The translations under genes and the position numbers were made by a program. A stretch of 64,000 nucleotides of DNA from the human T2T-CHM13v2.0 reference genome, Homo sapiens. Below, piece after piece: positions 1-24,409 of the stretch; the first letter of the stretch is position 1, and the number at the start of each line of letters is the position of its first letter. The notes beneath the pieces were generated by a model that saw only the letters and a list, made by a program, of their open reading frames with translations, had not been told where the DNA came from and searched no databases. The stretch is from NCBI RefSeq assembly GCF_009914755.1, contig NC_060944.1; one strand, given 5' to 3'.

Positions 1-246
1 TTATAAAAAGACAACACAATCACACAAAGAACTTTGTTATGTTGCAAATGTTCTCTATCTTGACTGTATCAATGTCAATATCCTGGATGTGATATATCCT
101 GGTTGTGTTGATTTGCTATAGTTTTGCAAGATGTTACCATTGGGACAAATTGGGTAATATATAAGTATGTCTGTCTATTGTTTCTTGCAAAGCCATGTGA
201 ATTGATAGTTACCTCAAAATAAAAAGTTTAATTAAAAAAAATTACA

Positions 247-372
247 GGCCAGGTGCAGTGGCTCACACCTATAATCCCAACATTTTGGGAGTCCAAGGCA
301 GGAGGATCACTTGAGCTCAGGAGTTCAAGACTAGCCTGGCCAACATAGCAAGACCCCATCTCTACGAAAAAA
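247..372 (+). mobile_element. Alu monomer (FLAM/AluJ left arm)
   Basis: ggccaggtgcagtggctcacacc...catctctac plus A tail. Confidence 0.8.
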
Positions 373-654
373 ATGTTCAACTTGAGGCAGCTGATGGAAA
401 AATATAAATATAACAAAATTAATTGAGATTTGTTGTATTGCCTAGCACATGTGTATTCTTGAGAATGTTCAATGGGTGCTCGAGAAGAGTGTATTCTACT
501 GTTGCTGGGAGTTGGGGGATGTCCATAGATTTGTTAAGCCAACATATTTATAATAGCTGCTGTGAACCCTGTGTCTGCTAAGTCTAACATCTGGGTGCCC
601 TCAGAGATTTTGTGTATTGACTGCTTTTTTCTATATATGAGTCATACTTTCCTG

Positions 655-667
655 GTGTGCGTGTGCA

Positions 668-709
<42 letters not shown>

Positions 710-714
710 GAGAG
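655..714. repeat. Compound (GT)n(GA)n microsatellite
   Basis: Direct reading. Confidence 0.9.
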
Positions 715-1618
715 GGGGTTTCATGCCTCTTAATTTTTTGTGGAAGACTGGACATGTTACGTAATATATTGTTGCAACTCTGAATTCTGATTTCCCCAGG
801 AGGGGTGGTTGTTACTGCTGTTATTTGGCTTTTTGCTTCCTGGATTTGGCTGGATTAATTCTGTGGAACCTATTTCCCTAGCCCTGGGTGAGGGCTGATG
901 TCTCTGTGGGTTGTTTTGTTTGTTTGTTTGTTTTTAATTCTTGTTTTTATTATTGTCTGACTTCCTAGAAGTCACCCCCGAATCAGCATATGATTAGTCA
1001 GAGGTTGTGCTTGTGATTAAGCACAAGGGGACTTGAGCACATAAGCCTTCCATCCTTTGGTAGATTTTCTTAAATTAATGGTCCTCGATTTGTTGTGTGT
1101 AATTTAATAAATCCAAAATGGAATTCCTTGTCCCCTTTCACGGGGGAATTCTTGCCCCCTTTCACTGTCAAAGAAAACTCTATCATTTTAGCTTTTTAGG
1201 TCCAAACCCTTGAATTATTCTTTATCCCTGTTTTTCTCCCTCACCTCATTAAATCCAACTTCAAATCCTGCCAGTTTGACCTTCAAGAGGTACCCAGAAT
1301 TCATCTGTCTCTCAACACCACCAACAACCACAGCCTGATCCAAGCCCCCATCATCTGTTGCTTGCAATATGACCGTAGCCTCCTCACTGGTCTCACCGCT
1401 TCTGCTCCTACCTCACTTTCTGTCCCTTCTCCTCCTTTTAAGCAGCCACGGGGAGCTTCTGAAAAAATCTAAGTCACATCATATCATTCCTTTGCTCAAA
1501 TCCCCTCCATGGATGACCCCTCTCACTCAGTGAAAACAAATGTTCTCCAGGAACCCTGGATCCTCTCTGACTTCATCTCCTACCCTTTATTCTCTTGCTC
1601 CTTTAACGCCAGAGTGAC

Positions 1619-2804
1619 TGTATCAGTCAGGGTCTACTAAGATAGAAACCATACAGTAATTTGTGGGAGGGAAATTTAATATAGAGAATTATTTACCATA
1701 ACAGGGAGTTGGAGGAATTGGAAGGTGTTGAGGTGAAAATAAAAATACAGAGATGAATCTCTACACTTAAAACATTTTATTTGGAAAGCAAGAATTGCAA
1801 CTCAGGACACACACATAGACCAGGATGTCTTCAGTATGTCCAAAGAACAAAGAGAAGGTTGGGAGTTTAACTGGAAAAAGTAACGTTATGTACCGTTTTG
1901 AAAGAAAGTTCATTGGCATTAGAGATTTGGGAGCTGGCAAGCTCTGACTGGTGAGTGGCAGCTGTGGGTAAAACCAGTCTTAGAGGCGTGGCACGTTATT
2001 TCAGCAGCTTCTAGGTAACACTGGTCTTAGGGTTACAATAGGACATTTAGCAGCTGGGTGTGTGGAAAATTTAATTCTTGGAGTAGGTGCTATGTTCCCA
2101 GAGTGATTTTTTCCCCTGGCCCCTCAACTCTGATTTAGTTGGCTATGACGAGAATGGCCTCAATTTGTATAGTCAATTTTCACAGGGGTGAGCTAGTAAG
2201 AAATAAAGAGAATGCCAAAGGATGCTGGAATTGCAGAATTAAGGGACATCTACTATCCCTAGAGTGCCCAAGGAAGAGCACACTCCCGTCACCCCAACAA
2301 GGTTGAGGGCCAGGCTTCGTTGGACAGCGCATGCTGTGGTTCAGTGTTCAGAGAAGTCACTGTGGTGCCTCACTGGTGGAACTTGCTGGAAATACGCCCA
2401 ATGGGATACCAGGGAAAGCCATTCATGGTGAGCCATCTCCCTAGAGGCACTCTGTTACAAAATCATCCCAGGAGGTGCCAAAAGCAGCTGCTGGTTGCTG
2501 GGTGCTGATGGCCACCATGCATTGTAAAAGCCATCTTCCTTACAGAAGCCTGGTGCTGGAGAAATCACTGAGGCTGTGAGCCAGGCCCTAGGGAAACAGG
2601 GCAGGCTGCAGAACTGCTAAGACCTGGAACTCCAGACTCCAGAACCTGGAAAGCAAGCCCGTCTTCCTCCACTGTCTCTCCAGCACCCTCTACCGGCCAA
2701 CCTTAACATTGTGCCAGCTGACAAAAACTATTAAGAGTCTATTCTACAGAGCAGGCCCTGAAGGGTGGATTTGGAGCTGAGATGCAATAAATTGGTAACT
2801 GGCA
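1619..2804 (-). mobile_element. Ancient LTR (LTR33/LTR78-like), inserted in L2 and interrupted by a younger LTR
   Basis: tgtatcagtcagggt...gaaaccatacagtaattt at one end; gaagggtggatttggagctgag...aataaattggtaactggca at the other. Family name from recall. Confidence 0.55.
1726..2184 (-). mobile_element. ERV1 solo LTR (MER72-like)
   Basis: Minus strand TGTGAAAATTGACTATACAAATTG...AATAAAATG...CAACA with TG..CA ends. Confidence 0.55.
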
Positions 2805-3375
2805 TTGTGACCTTCTTGATATTCTTTGAAAAATAAAGCTAATACCCACCTCAATGCCTTTGCCATTGCTCTACCCTCTACCTGGAATTCTTTTTCTCAA
2901 TTCCCAACCATATCTGCGTGGCTTTTTCCCTTATTTCCTACAGGTTTCTGCCCAAGTTGCTCTTGATCACTAGAGCCTTTCCTGACCACCCTAATGAAAT
3001 AGATCCGTGTTGACAGGACTCTCCCTGTTTACTTTTCTCCATAGCAATTATTACCATTTGACATCGTTTATTTACATGTTTATTCTTTACTGTCCATCTC
3101 CCCTTTCTAGAATGTAAACTATCAAGGACAGGGAATTCTTCTATTTTGTTCCCTCTTGTACCCAGGAGAGTTGAACAGAACAGTACCTAGCACATAGTAC
3201 GCATTTTAATATGCCTTGGATTAATGAGTGAATTATAGTAAACTGGAAGCATACAGGAGGAGAAGGGAAAACCCCAACCATAGTCTCATCACCTAGACAC
3301 TACCACAGCTAACAAGACGGCAACTTTTCCTGTACGTTTTTCTCCATTGAGGAATTTTGCTTTTTTTTTTTTTTT

Positions 3376-3481
3376 AAGACTAGTCAAGATCAGTAGTGAG
3401 AAGGGGGGAAAAGTAGACCAAAGAATTCAATCTTTGACTGTGAACAATCAACGGAGATATATCACTACCTTCAGACTAGTC
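3376..3481 (-). pseudogene. Y1 RNA (RNY1) retropseudogene
   Basis: Minus strand GACTAGTCTGAAGGTAGTGA...TTGATTGTTCACAGTC...TTCCCCCCTTCTCACTACTG...TTGACTAGTCTT then poly(A) (T-run 3361-3375). ttttgcttt is repeated on both flanks as a likely TSD. Confidence 0.9.
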
Positions 3482-4380
3482 TATTTTTGCTTTCTTTTGT
3501 TTTTTAATTTTTATAGGGGCTTAACATATATATTAAAATGTATTTATATCAAAAATGTGCAGCTCACTGAATTTTTTCCACAAACTGAACCCACCCAGGG
3601 AACCAGCCCTCAGATCAAGAAACAGAACATTATCAGCACCCTGGAAGCTCCCTTTGTGTCCCTTCCAGGGTAACCATTATCCTGAACTGTAGAAGCAAAG
3701 ATGAGTTTTTGTACTTTATATGAGTGGAGTGACACAGTACGCGCGCTTTTGTGTTTGGCCTTTGGCTTCTGTCCTTGACATTTTGTATAGTATATTCATT
3801 CATACCGCTGTGTGTTATTGTGGATCTTTTGTGCTCTTTGATGTGTAATATTCCATTTTTGGAAACACTATAATTTGTCCATTATACAATGCTGTTTGGG
3901 CAGTTCCCAGTTTGGAGCTATTATGAATAGAGTTGCTACACATATTCTTGTACCTGTTTTTTCGTGAACACATGTCAGTATTTCTGTTGGGTATGTATGT
4001 AGGAATGGAATTGCTGAATCACAGGATATGCATATGTTCAGCTTTACCAACCAATCCTTCCCCCAAGGATATAATCTTTCCTTCCTGTCAACTAGTATTT
4101 GCTGACATAACCTACATGAAGCATTGTGTGTGGGCTTCAATACAAGGCATCACTCCCTCAAACCATTTTGGACCTGCTAGGGAGCCTGCCCTGCTCTCCC
4201 CAGAAAGCCTCATGATGTCAGTCTTTTCATGCCTCTTGGTGCATGTGTAGAATCCTCCGTGGCAGATGACCAACCACAGTTGGATGGAGAGGGAGGGTCA
4301 ATGCCACCCTCCAGTGAGGCAACTACAAGACACACCCCCATTCTATAGCTGAGGAAACTGGAGCTCAGAAAAGTTATTTA

Positions 4381-4411
4381 TCATTCATTCATTCATTCAT
4401 TCATTCATTCA
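4381..4411. repeat. (CATT)n at an L2 3' end
   Basis: tcattcattc...aacaatatgtattg. Confidence 0.85.
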
Positions 4412-4670
4412 ACAATATGTATTGTGCGCACAGAGCAGTGGGAACAACATAGACAAATTCCCTGCCCTCGTTAGAGTGGGGGAAGTAGTTCACAGAAAAA
4501 TACTGCTTTTTAACTCCATAAAAACATAATTAGCCTCCTTTATAACTAAACATATACAATTAAAACAAGGAGATATTTTTTATCAGATTGAACAAGATCT
4601 AGCAAAATAACAATACACTGTATTGGCAAGTATGTTGGGGACAGGCATCGGTGTACACTCTTATTAATAG

Positions 4671-5132
<462 letters not shown>

Positions 5133-5404
5133 TGACACTTCCTTCTCTCTTTAAATAAAATGTATTTTATTTCTATATAGGTCTTAGTAGAAAATGGGGA
5201 CAATACAGAAAATGAGAAAAAAATGTAAGTCACGATCCCAGCACCCATGCTAAGGCTGAGCCCACGCCTTTGCGGCTCCCTTCCTCCCTGTAAAGCAATG
5301 CTGCCCCCGTGTGGATTTGATGGGGTTTTTTTTAAAAACACACATTATTTCACACTTTTTTTTAATGCAATTAATTTTAACTAGGTAAGGCGCTTAATGG
5401 TTCA

Positions 5405-5678
5405 ATATTTATTTATTTATTTATTTTGAGATGGAATTTCGTGGTCTCGGCTCACTGCAACCTCCGCCTCCCGGGTTCAAGCTATTCTCCTGCCTCAGCC
5501 TCCCAAGTAGCTGGGATTACACGCATGCGCCACCACGACCGGCTAATTTTGTATTTTTAGTAGAGACGGGGTTTCTCCATGTTGGTTAGGCTGGTCTCGA
5601 ACTCCCGACCTCAGGTGATCCGCCCGCCTCGGCCTCCCAAAGTGCTGGGATTACAGGCGTGAGCCACCTGCGCCAGGC
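5405..5678 (-). mobile_element. AluSp-like with a small deletion in the right arm
   Basis: gtttctccatgttggttagg and actcccgacctcagg diagnostics. Confidence 0.85.
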
Positions 5679-6126
5679 TTAATATTTAAAAGGTTCTAAA
5701 TGGTATTCAGTGAAAATTCTCCCTTCCTTTTCTACTCCTCTCAAACCAGGTTCCTTTCCCCACAGGCAACCAAACTGGCCAATTCGTTATATACAGACTT
5801 CCAGAGATAGGTCATGCACACGCCTCGTTCAATAAATGACAGTTTCCTTCTTTCCAGCCCCTGCCTTTGAATCATGATTGTTGCTCCTAAAAACTTAGAA
5901 ACGCCAAATAAAAAATACTTTTACGCAAATTATCCAGCATTGCCTGATTTACAGTTACGAAAAATCAAAAACAATATGAATTCCCAAAATAAGAGCAATG
6001 CCCAAGTTAGATTACACCCACTAGTAATCATTAAGACTTGTGTAACAACATGAAAAATGTCTATCAGAGGTTTGTTTTTTTTTTTTAAAGACAATATACA
6101 AAAGAGGACATAGGTAATTTAAAAGT

Positions 6127-6566
<440 letters not shown>

Positions 6567-7109
6567 TCAGCTGTCAAACTAGAAAAGTGTGTTTCTCAAT
6601 GAGAATCATTAATTCTGAGGAGCATGGTGTGAAAGGTGTAGTTGTGACCGATTTGTAACAGGGCAAACTGACTCAAGCTTTTATTATAGACTTTGACTCA
6701 GAAATTCCATTTTTAAGTATTTAAAAATAGAACAATCTTTGCAAAAATATGGTCATCACATTATTTGTTGGTGAAAAAAACTAAGCTAAATGTTCAACTA
6801 CAGAGGATTGGTTAAGTAAATTGGTTAAGTGTTTCATTTAATGAGATACTAAAATCATAATGTTTGCAAAGATTGGGGATAGGTTTTTGATGTTTTGATG
6901 TTAAGAGAAATAGAGAGTTGACCATATAGTAAGATGATGAAACCCAACAAGTAGAGAAAAAGCTAGCATTGAATATTTGGGGGGCTGGGACACAGTATTT
7001 TATTTCTACAATCATTCTTTAATGAGCATGTTTAAGTATGTTTTTTAAAAAAACAGAATACATGAACTATGGAATAGCATGCCTGTGGGCCTGACCAAGC
7101 AGAATGCAA

Positions 7110-7402
7110 TTTTTTTTTTTAAGACAGTCTTGCTCTGTCGCCCAGGCTGGAGTGCACTGACATGATCTCTGCTCACTGCAACACCCCCGCCCCAGGTTCA
7201 AGCGATTCTCGTGCCTCAGCCTTCTGAGTAGCTGGGATTACAGGTGCGTACCATCATGCCCGGCTAATATTTGTATTTTTAGTAGAGACAGGGTTTCACC
7301 ATGTTGGCCAGGCTGGTCTCAAACTCCTGGCCTCAAGTGATCCACCCACCTCAGCCTCCCAAAGTGCTGAGATTACAGGCGTGGCCACCCACCGTTCCTC
7401 GC
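7110..7402 (-). mobile_element. AluS
   Basis: Reverse Alu dimer; agaatgcaa/agaatacaa flanks. Confidence 0.85.
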
Positions 7403-7887
7403 CAGAATACAAATTTAAGTTCAACAGCAAACCTAGTGCCTTTAATCTCTTACTTAGTCCTCGCAGCCACAGACCAATTTACTGACGTGAACTAAGGTTA
7501 TAGACACTTACTATGAAAACTGGAATAGAGCTCATATAGGTGAGAGCACATTCAAATTCTCCATCCAGACTTCTTTCACCACCAGAGACTTGGGAGTTAC
7601 CTTAACGATACAATGGTCAGAATACCCAGATGTCTGATTACAGACTTTTCCTTTTGTTCTTTCTCTTTGTCAGTGATTCTCAAAAGCCAGCGTGCCTAAG
7701 ATTTTTCTATGAAGGGTTGTATACACAAAACCATATATGCTGTACTTCAAGAGAGTTTGAGTAGATTTTCAAGAGTAGTTTTGAGGATACAGAATTTTTA
7801 CTGTGCTAACCATTAGCCAACGTGTGACTGCTTTTTTTTCCTTTGCGTGATTATCCTTATTATTTGCATAATAAAAATAAGAGTACT

Positions 7888-8175
7888 GGCCAGGCATGGT
7901 GGCTCACACCTGCAATCCCAGCATTTTGAGAGGCCAAGGCAGGCGGACCACCTGAGGTCAGGAGTTTGAGGCCAGCCTAGCCAACGTGGCGAAACCCTGT
8001 CTCTACTAAAAATACAAAAATTAGCCGGGCGTTGCGGTGCATGCCTGTAGTCCCAGCTATTCGGGAGGCTGAGGCAGGAAGCCGAGGTTGCAGTGAGCCG
8101 AGATCACACCACTGCACTCCAGCCTGGGTGACAGAGCAAGACTCTGTCTCAAAACAAGGGGAAAAAAAAAAAAAA
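7888..8175 (+). mobile_element. AluS
   Basis: Alu dimer with A tail; aagagtact/aagactact flanks. Confidence 0.85.
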
Positions 8176-8814
8176 AGACTACTGCCTTTTAGCTCAGGCT
8201 GGGAGTATAAAACCCTTTTGGATCACACCTGTCAGGGAAGTGGGAAGCTAGCTGCCTTTGCAGTTTGTGCTACTCAGGGTTCCTGTGACACTGAGCCAAC
8301 CATTGGCTCTACCAAAAGCTGATGCCAAACTCACCTCCCTGATGTCCTTATTCTAATAAACCTGGACCAACTTCATCTTTACTCAGCCTTTTCCTCCACT
8401 GGGAATATCCTTTCCACAACAAAAAGCCTTAGTAAACTTTTTCTGTGAAGAAACTTTTTTTTTTGAGATGAAATTCACATAGCAACAATTAACCATTTTA
8501 ACAATCACAACTCAGTAACTTGAGTGTATTCACAAGGCTGTAAAACCACCAGCTCTCGCCCTATAAAAGTATCCTATTCCCATTAGGTAGGCACTCCATT
8601 TCCTGCTGCTCCCACCCCTGGAAACCTCTAATCTGCTGTCTCTACAGATTTATCTATTACGGGTAGCAAATATCCATATAAAAGCAATTATATAATAGAT
8701 GATCTTTTGTGTCTGGCTTTTTTCACACTACACAATGTTTTCTAGGTTTATCTACATGGTAACATGTATCAATATTTCTTTCTTTTCAGCTCTATTATAT
8801 TCCATTGTATGTAT

Positions 8815-9248
8815 TGTGAAAGTTGTCAGAACCAAAATGGAGTCACTTGTATGTCTTTTAAAAAACCCTGCCAAAGCCGAAAGGCTATGAAGGGAGGATT
8901 CTGATGCATAAATGATAAAAAAAAAAAAAAAAAAAAAAAAACTACTACAAAAGACTGTAAAAACACAACCTTGCACAAAGGCCACTGCAACCTTATATAC
9001 ATACAAAAATATTTCTGCAAGGACTTCTGCTTGTTCAACCTCAGACTGGTGCCACCAGGACTTGTTATTAATCCCTGGAGTTAGGGATAGTTATCCCAAG
9101 ACAATTACATAATCCTTGTTTTTCCTTTTAATCTGTCTTCCTTTACCTCCCTGAATACGCATAGTATGGCACATGGACTCCCACTGCAATGCCCCATTCA
9201 TGAATAGGTATCATTTTCTTTTACGGCCTCCGTTTATTTAGGTTGACA
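8815..9248 (+). mobile_element. ERV1 solo LTR (MER65-like) inserted in L1M
   Basis: tgtgaaagttgtcagaaccaaaatggagtcac...tttaggttgaca with 4-bp TSD gtat (8811-8814 and 9249-9252). Confidence 0.75.
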
Positions 9249-9360
9249 GTATATACCACAATTTGTTTATCCATTATATGTTGAATATTTTGGGTTGTTT
9301 CCACCTTTGGGCTGTTATGAATAATTCTGCTAAAACCAGTTGTATACAAGTTTCTGTGTA

Positions 9361-9792
9361 TCAAACTACCTTTGCAAAAGTGACAGTAAGAGAAATCTGA
9401 CATGGCTGACTCCATCTTGCTTCTGAACTCAACAGGCCTACGTCTTGGTAGAATTCAGGCCCCTCTCATCCTCTTCACTTGAGGGTCTTTCACTAGTTTT
9501 ATAAGGGCAGTTTAGCTTTTGGGAAGAGCTCATCAAATCTTATTGTTGACGAGTTTTTATAGAGCTTTATCTCCAGCCACCTCTGCTCCAGGAGGCTGGT
9601 GGGTGGGAGTGAAAGTTCCAACCCTCTCATCACTTGGTCTTTCTGGTGGCTGGCCCCATCCTGAGGCTAGCTAGGGGTCCCACTCTAAGTCATGAACTCA
9701 CGTATTATCCCATTACACAGGAAATTCCAAGTGTTTTTCAGTTGCTGTGATAAGAACCAGGAAAAAAGGCTAAATATATTTCATATTACCAC
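9361..9792 (+). mobile_element. Composite LTR fragments (LTR8-like start, MER21-like end)
   Basis: gacagtaagagaaatctgacatggctgactccatcttgc; caggaaattccaag...aaatatatttcatattaccaca. Confidence 0.45.
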
Positions 9793-12031
9793 AGATACAT
9801 ATATCTAGGAGTGGAATTGCCATATAGTAATTCTGTTCAGCTTTCAGGAACTGCCACTGTTTTCCATAGGGGCTACACCATTTTACGTTCTCACCAGCAA
9901 TGCATGAGGGTTCCTGTTTCTCCACACCCTCACCAAGAGTTATTTTTTTCATAAATAAGCCATCCTCGTGGGTATGAACCGGCATCTCATTGTAGTTTTG
10001 ATTTGCATTTCTTTAATAACCAATGATGTTGAACCAGTTTTCATGTGCTTTTTGGCCATTTGTGTATCTTCTTTGGAGAAATATCTGTTCAATTCCTCTC
10101 ATTTTTGAAAAAGGTTATCTTTTTTATTAAGAATTTTTTATAGTTCAAATAGCAAACTACAGATATCAGACTATCATATCGTTTGCAAAAATATTCTCCC
10201 CTTCCATAAGTTTTTTTTTCATTCTTCACCATTCTTGGACGTACAAGTTTTTAATTTTGATGAAGTCCCATTTACATATTTTTTCTTCTGTTGCTTGTTT
10301 TCAATGTCCAATGCAATAATCCATTGCCAAATCCAAGGTGATGAGGACTTACTCATTTTCTTCTAGATCTAGCTCTTATAGATTGTTTACCAATTTTGAG
10401 TTAATGAGTGATAAATGAAGGCATATGAGGTAGAGTTCCAACTTCATTCTTTTACATGTGGTTATCCAGTTGTCCCAGCACCATCTGAAAAGACTACTCT
10501 TTTCCCAATAGATGGTTTTGGTACCACTGCAGAAAATCAATTGACCATTTATGTAAGGGTTTATTTCTGTACTCTCATCTATCCATTGTCTATCTTTATG
10601 CCAGATGCAGTGTTGATTACAATTTTGTAGGTTTTGTGAGACTTCTAATGTGATCAAGATTGTTTTGGCTATTTGGGGCCTTTTGTAGCTTCATATATAT
10701 GAGGATTAGCTTCTCCATTTCTGCAATGACCACTGGAATTATTATAGGGATTACATTGAATGTTTGGAGACTATTATTTGTTACTTTAATAGTAAGTCTG
10801 GATCCATGAACATGTTGGCTTTCCTCATCTACTTAGTTTTCTTTCAGGATTTGTAGTTTTCACCTTGGTTTGATTGATTCCTGGGTATTCTGGTATTGCT
10901 TGCTTTGATTCTTAGGTATTCTTTTGGTTGCTATCCTAACTGGAATTCTCTTCCATTTCCTTTTCAGATTGTTTGTTGGTGGTGTATGGAATAGTTTTTA
11001 TGTGATCTTGTACCCTAAAACGTTGCTGAATTCACTCATTAGCTCTAGTAGCTATCTAGTTGATGGGGTTTTCTATATACAGGATATCTTCTGCAGAGAT
11101 AGTTTTACCTCTTCCTTTCCAATTCCAATTCTTCTTTTTCTTGCCTAATCGTTCTGGCTAGAACTTCCAGTACAATGTTGAAAGTGGCCAAAGTGGGAAC
11201 CCTTGTCTTGTTCCTAATCATAAGGGTAAAACTTTCAGTCTTTCACTATTATGTTAGCTGTGTTTCATAAATCCCTTAATCTTGTTTAAAAATTGCCTTC
11301 TGAGCTGGGTGCAGTGACTCATGCCTGCACCCCGCCATCTCTTTAAAAAAAAAAAAAATTCCCTTCTACTCCTAATTTGCTGGGTGTATTTATCATCAAA
11401 GGGTGTTGAAATCGTCTCAAATGTTTTTTCTGCATCTGTTGAGAAGATCCTATGGCTTTTTTCTTCCATTAATGTGGTAAGTGCCACTGATTGCATTTAC
11501 AATTATCTTCCCCCTACACAGTAACTTTACAACAGTGTTCACCTTATTTTTGTACCCTTAGAGCTTGATGCACTAAGTACTAGAGTGCTGCTCAGTGAAC
11601 ACAGGCTTTGGGTGGAAGAACTCATGAAGATACCACAATTCAAAAGTTACGTTAGGTTATATGTTACGTGTGTGACCCTGGCAGAAAGTTATGCCAAAAT
11701 TGTTCCTCTCCCAGCAGAATTTTCATTTTTAGCATTTGCTTCATGGAGGAGCTATCTAGACAAGTGCCTTCCCAAGAGGATATTATGGGTACTGATTTCA
11801 ACAAAACTGATCTTTGAATCTGATAAGTGAAAATGTTCAATTTTGTAAGTATCTTAGTGTATGAGGATGTACAGATGCAAATGGGTAGTAAAACATTTTA
11901 TAGGGAAGAAGGTAAGATCAGGGTTAATTTTTTCCAAGGCAACCCTTCTTGACTCTATTAAGCACCCAATATATCAAAGATTTTTCTAAAAATAAAGATA
12001 CATAGGTGCAATTATAATGTTCTCTTAAGAG

Positions 12032-12037
12032 TTTATT
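12032..12037 (-). terminator. SNRPB: SNRPB polyadenylation signal AATAAA
   Basis: tttatt on the plus strand, about 90 nt past the SmB' stop codon. Confidence 0.8.
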
Positions 12038-12128
12038 ATAAACCAGTTTCATAGGCCACAAGGAGATAAAAGGACTATGTACAGCCTTACGGGAAACAGG
12101 CAGGGAGCTGAGGAGGGCCAAGATGAGT

Positions 12129-21060
<8,932 letters not shown>

Positions 21061-21809
21061 GGTGGCGGTTCTGATGGCTCTGATACCCGCCGGATTCGCC
21101 TCCTCAGAGGCCTAGCCTCTCTCCCACAGCCGATTTCCCGCCGCCGCTACCGGAAATGCAGCACCACGTAAAATGCGGTCGGGTAGAAACCTACTTCCGG
21201 TCCAGCTCACTAGCCCTGGAGTTCCGACCCCGGAGCGGAGCTTCTGCCGAGCAGAGGCGGGGCCTGGGGACTGGGCGTTAACATCCGGCTTTGACGTAAG
21301 GAGAGCCTTAAGTTCCTGTTTGGACACCTTCCTAGCTTAAATCCGTACTGAGAGCTGCTCTGTGTCACACTCATTTCTCTTCACCCCGCCTTTCCCATTA
21401 ACCTCTCGGTCCTCATTTCCCATCACCCTCCCCGGCTCTCTCCTCTACAGTCACTATTCTTGCTTTTCACTCCACTGGCTGGACGTGCTCCTTTTTCAGC
21501 CCCTCTGCATTTGCTTTCGCCTCTGCCTGGAATGGTAGTCCCCAAGGTATACCAGAAGGCTGCTGCCCTCACCTCTTTCAAGGTTTAAGCTTAAATAACA
21601 TTTTCCCAGTGAGGATTTCCCTAGCCATCCTGTAACCTTCCCACCCACCTCATCCTCATCTCTCCTGTATTTCCCTCTTGCTATCTAACACGCTGTATAT
21701 TTTTGTTAGTTATTTTATTATCCCCTCCCCATTAGAATGTAAGATCCATAAGGGTGTGAATTTTTCTCTTTGTGTATTACTCATTGCTGTAGTGCCTAGA
21801 ACACTTTAG

Positions 21810-22204
<395 letters not shown>

Positions 22205-23532
22205 TGACTTTTAAATACAGCATATACACCCAAGGCTTTCAAGTTTGTTCCTCTAACCTTGGTCTCTTCATTTAACTCTTGGCCCTTTATATCCAGCTGC
22301 CAGCGTGATGTGAATGTCTAATAGGTATACCAAATTTAACATGTTGAAAACTGAATTCTTGATTCTATTCACTGTTTCTAAAACCACTTCACCAGTGTTC
22401 CCCATCCCCGAAGTTTCTTGGATTAAAAAAGAAAATGACAAATTTGAAGCATATTTCATTCTTCTCTTTCTCTGCCATCGAATAATCAAATTCATCAGCA
22501 AATCCTGTGGCCCCCACCTTCAAATTATCTTGAATATGATTGTTGTCACCCACTCCATTGCGTCCACTCTAGTCATAGCCACCATCGTCTCTGTCTTGGA
22601 TCATTGAACGAGCCCGTAACTTGTCTCTTTGCTTCCTTTCTTGTTCTCACGGCAGCCAGAGGGATCCTTCTAAACGTACTGGGATATCAGATGATGTCAT
22701 GTCCTGGTCTCCACTTACCAAAAACTTCCCAGCACACATGGAATAAAATCTAGCTCTGCGCTCCTCTCCAACCTCATTCATCTCCGTCAACATTGCCCTC
22801 ATTCATCCTTCTCCAGTCACACTAATCTCCTTGCTGTTCCTCAAACCCAGCAAGGAGAGCTTCCACCTTGGTGCTTTGCCATCTTCACACCATCTCTAAA
22901 GGGTGTGTTCTGTTGTCCCGTTTCCTGTCACCTGTAGATGAAGAGGCGAAGCCTCATAGAAATGAATTATGTTGCCCAAAGTGGCGGAGTCAGAGTGGGA
23001 ATATAGGTCCGTCTGGCTCCTCAGCTGTTCATTTGCCCCCACCTTACCCAGCTGCCTAACACTTCATTCATGCATGCATTTAAAATCATTTTTATTTAGC
23101 ATCTACTAAGGCCATGCACCATTATTGGGATAGAGTCCTTTCCCTCACGGAGCTTTACATCCTACTGAGAAAGACATAGTAAACCAAATAAATAAGTATG
23201 CAATGTAACATTAGAGTGATATGAAAAAAATAAATAAAGGCAGAGGAACTGAGAGGGATAGGGTACAGTTCTGGCTAGGTGGTCAGGGGAAACTTCTCTG
23301 AGGAGTGGTATGTGAGCAGAGACCTGAACCTACACTCAGGTCTATCAGAAGGATGAATATTATGAAGGACATTCTAGAAAATGTATATAAAGGGAATCAT
23401 ATAATAATACGTGGTCTTTTGTGACTACCTTCTTTCACTTAGCACAATGTTTTTAAGGCTCATCCATGTCATGACACGTATCAATACTCCATTCCTTTTT
23501 ATGGCCAAATAACATTCCATTGTATGGATGTA

Positions 23533-23845
23533 CAGTAGTCCCCCCATATCCATCTTTCACTTTCTGTGGTTTCAGTTACCCACAATCAACTGCAGTATAA
23601 AAATAGGTGAGTACAGTACAAGATATTTTGAGACCACATTCATATAACTTTTATTACAGTATATTTTTATAACTGTTCTATTAGTATTGTTAATCTCTTA
23701 CTGTACCTAATTTATAAATTAAACTTTATCATAGCTATGTATGTATAAGAGAAAATAGTATATATAGGGTTTGGTAGTATCTGCCGTTCCATGAATCCAC
23801 TGGTGATCTTGGAATATAACCTCCTCAGATAAGGAGGGAACTACC
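23533..23845. mobile_element. Tigger-derived MITE (MER44-like)
   Basis: ta|cagtagtcccccca ... gataaggagggaactac terminal inverted repeats, inserted in L1M. Confidence 0.65.
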
Positions 23846-24409
23846 ATATTTTATCAGTTCATCAAATGACGAACATTTGGATTGCTTCCACCTTTTGGCT
23901 GTTATAAATAATGCTGCTGTAAACATCGTGTACAAGTCTTCACGTGGACATGCTTTCATTCCTCTTTGGTATCCAGATAGGAGTGGAATTTCTGAGTCAT
24001 ATGATAATTCTGATTAACCATTTGAAGAACTGCCAGACTGTTTTCCAAAGTGGCTTCACCATGATACATTCCCACAAGTGGCGTATGAGGGTTCTGATTT
24101 CTCCACATCTTCACCCATATTTGTTATTATCTGACTTTTTGATTCAAGCCATCTTAATGTGAAGTGCTATCAATTTCATCGTGGTTTTGATTTGCATTTC
24201 CCTCATGACTAATGATGTTGAACATCTTTTCATGTGCTTGTTGGCCATTTATATATCATCCTTGGAGAAATGCCCATTCAGATCCTTTTCTCATTTTTTA
24301 ATTGGACCATTTGACTTTTATTATTGAGTTGTAAGAATTCTTTCTACATTACAGATACAAGTTCCTTGTCAGATATATGATTTATACAGGTTTTCTCCCA
24401 TTCTGTGAG

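Larger units (their letters stand above)
8460..11490 (-). mobile_element. Old L1M (MB-like) 3' portion, fragmented
   Basis: ORF2 C-terminal remnants on the minus strand (10376..10657: EINPYINGQLIF...LFRWCWDNWITTCKRMKL). Confidence 0.75.
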
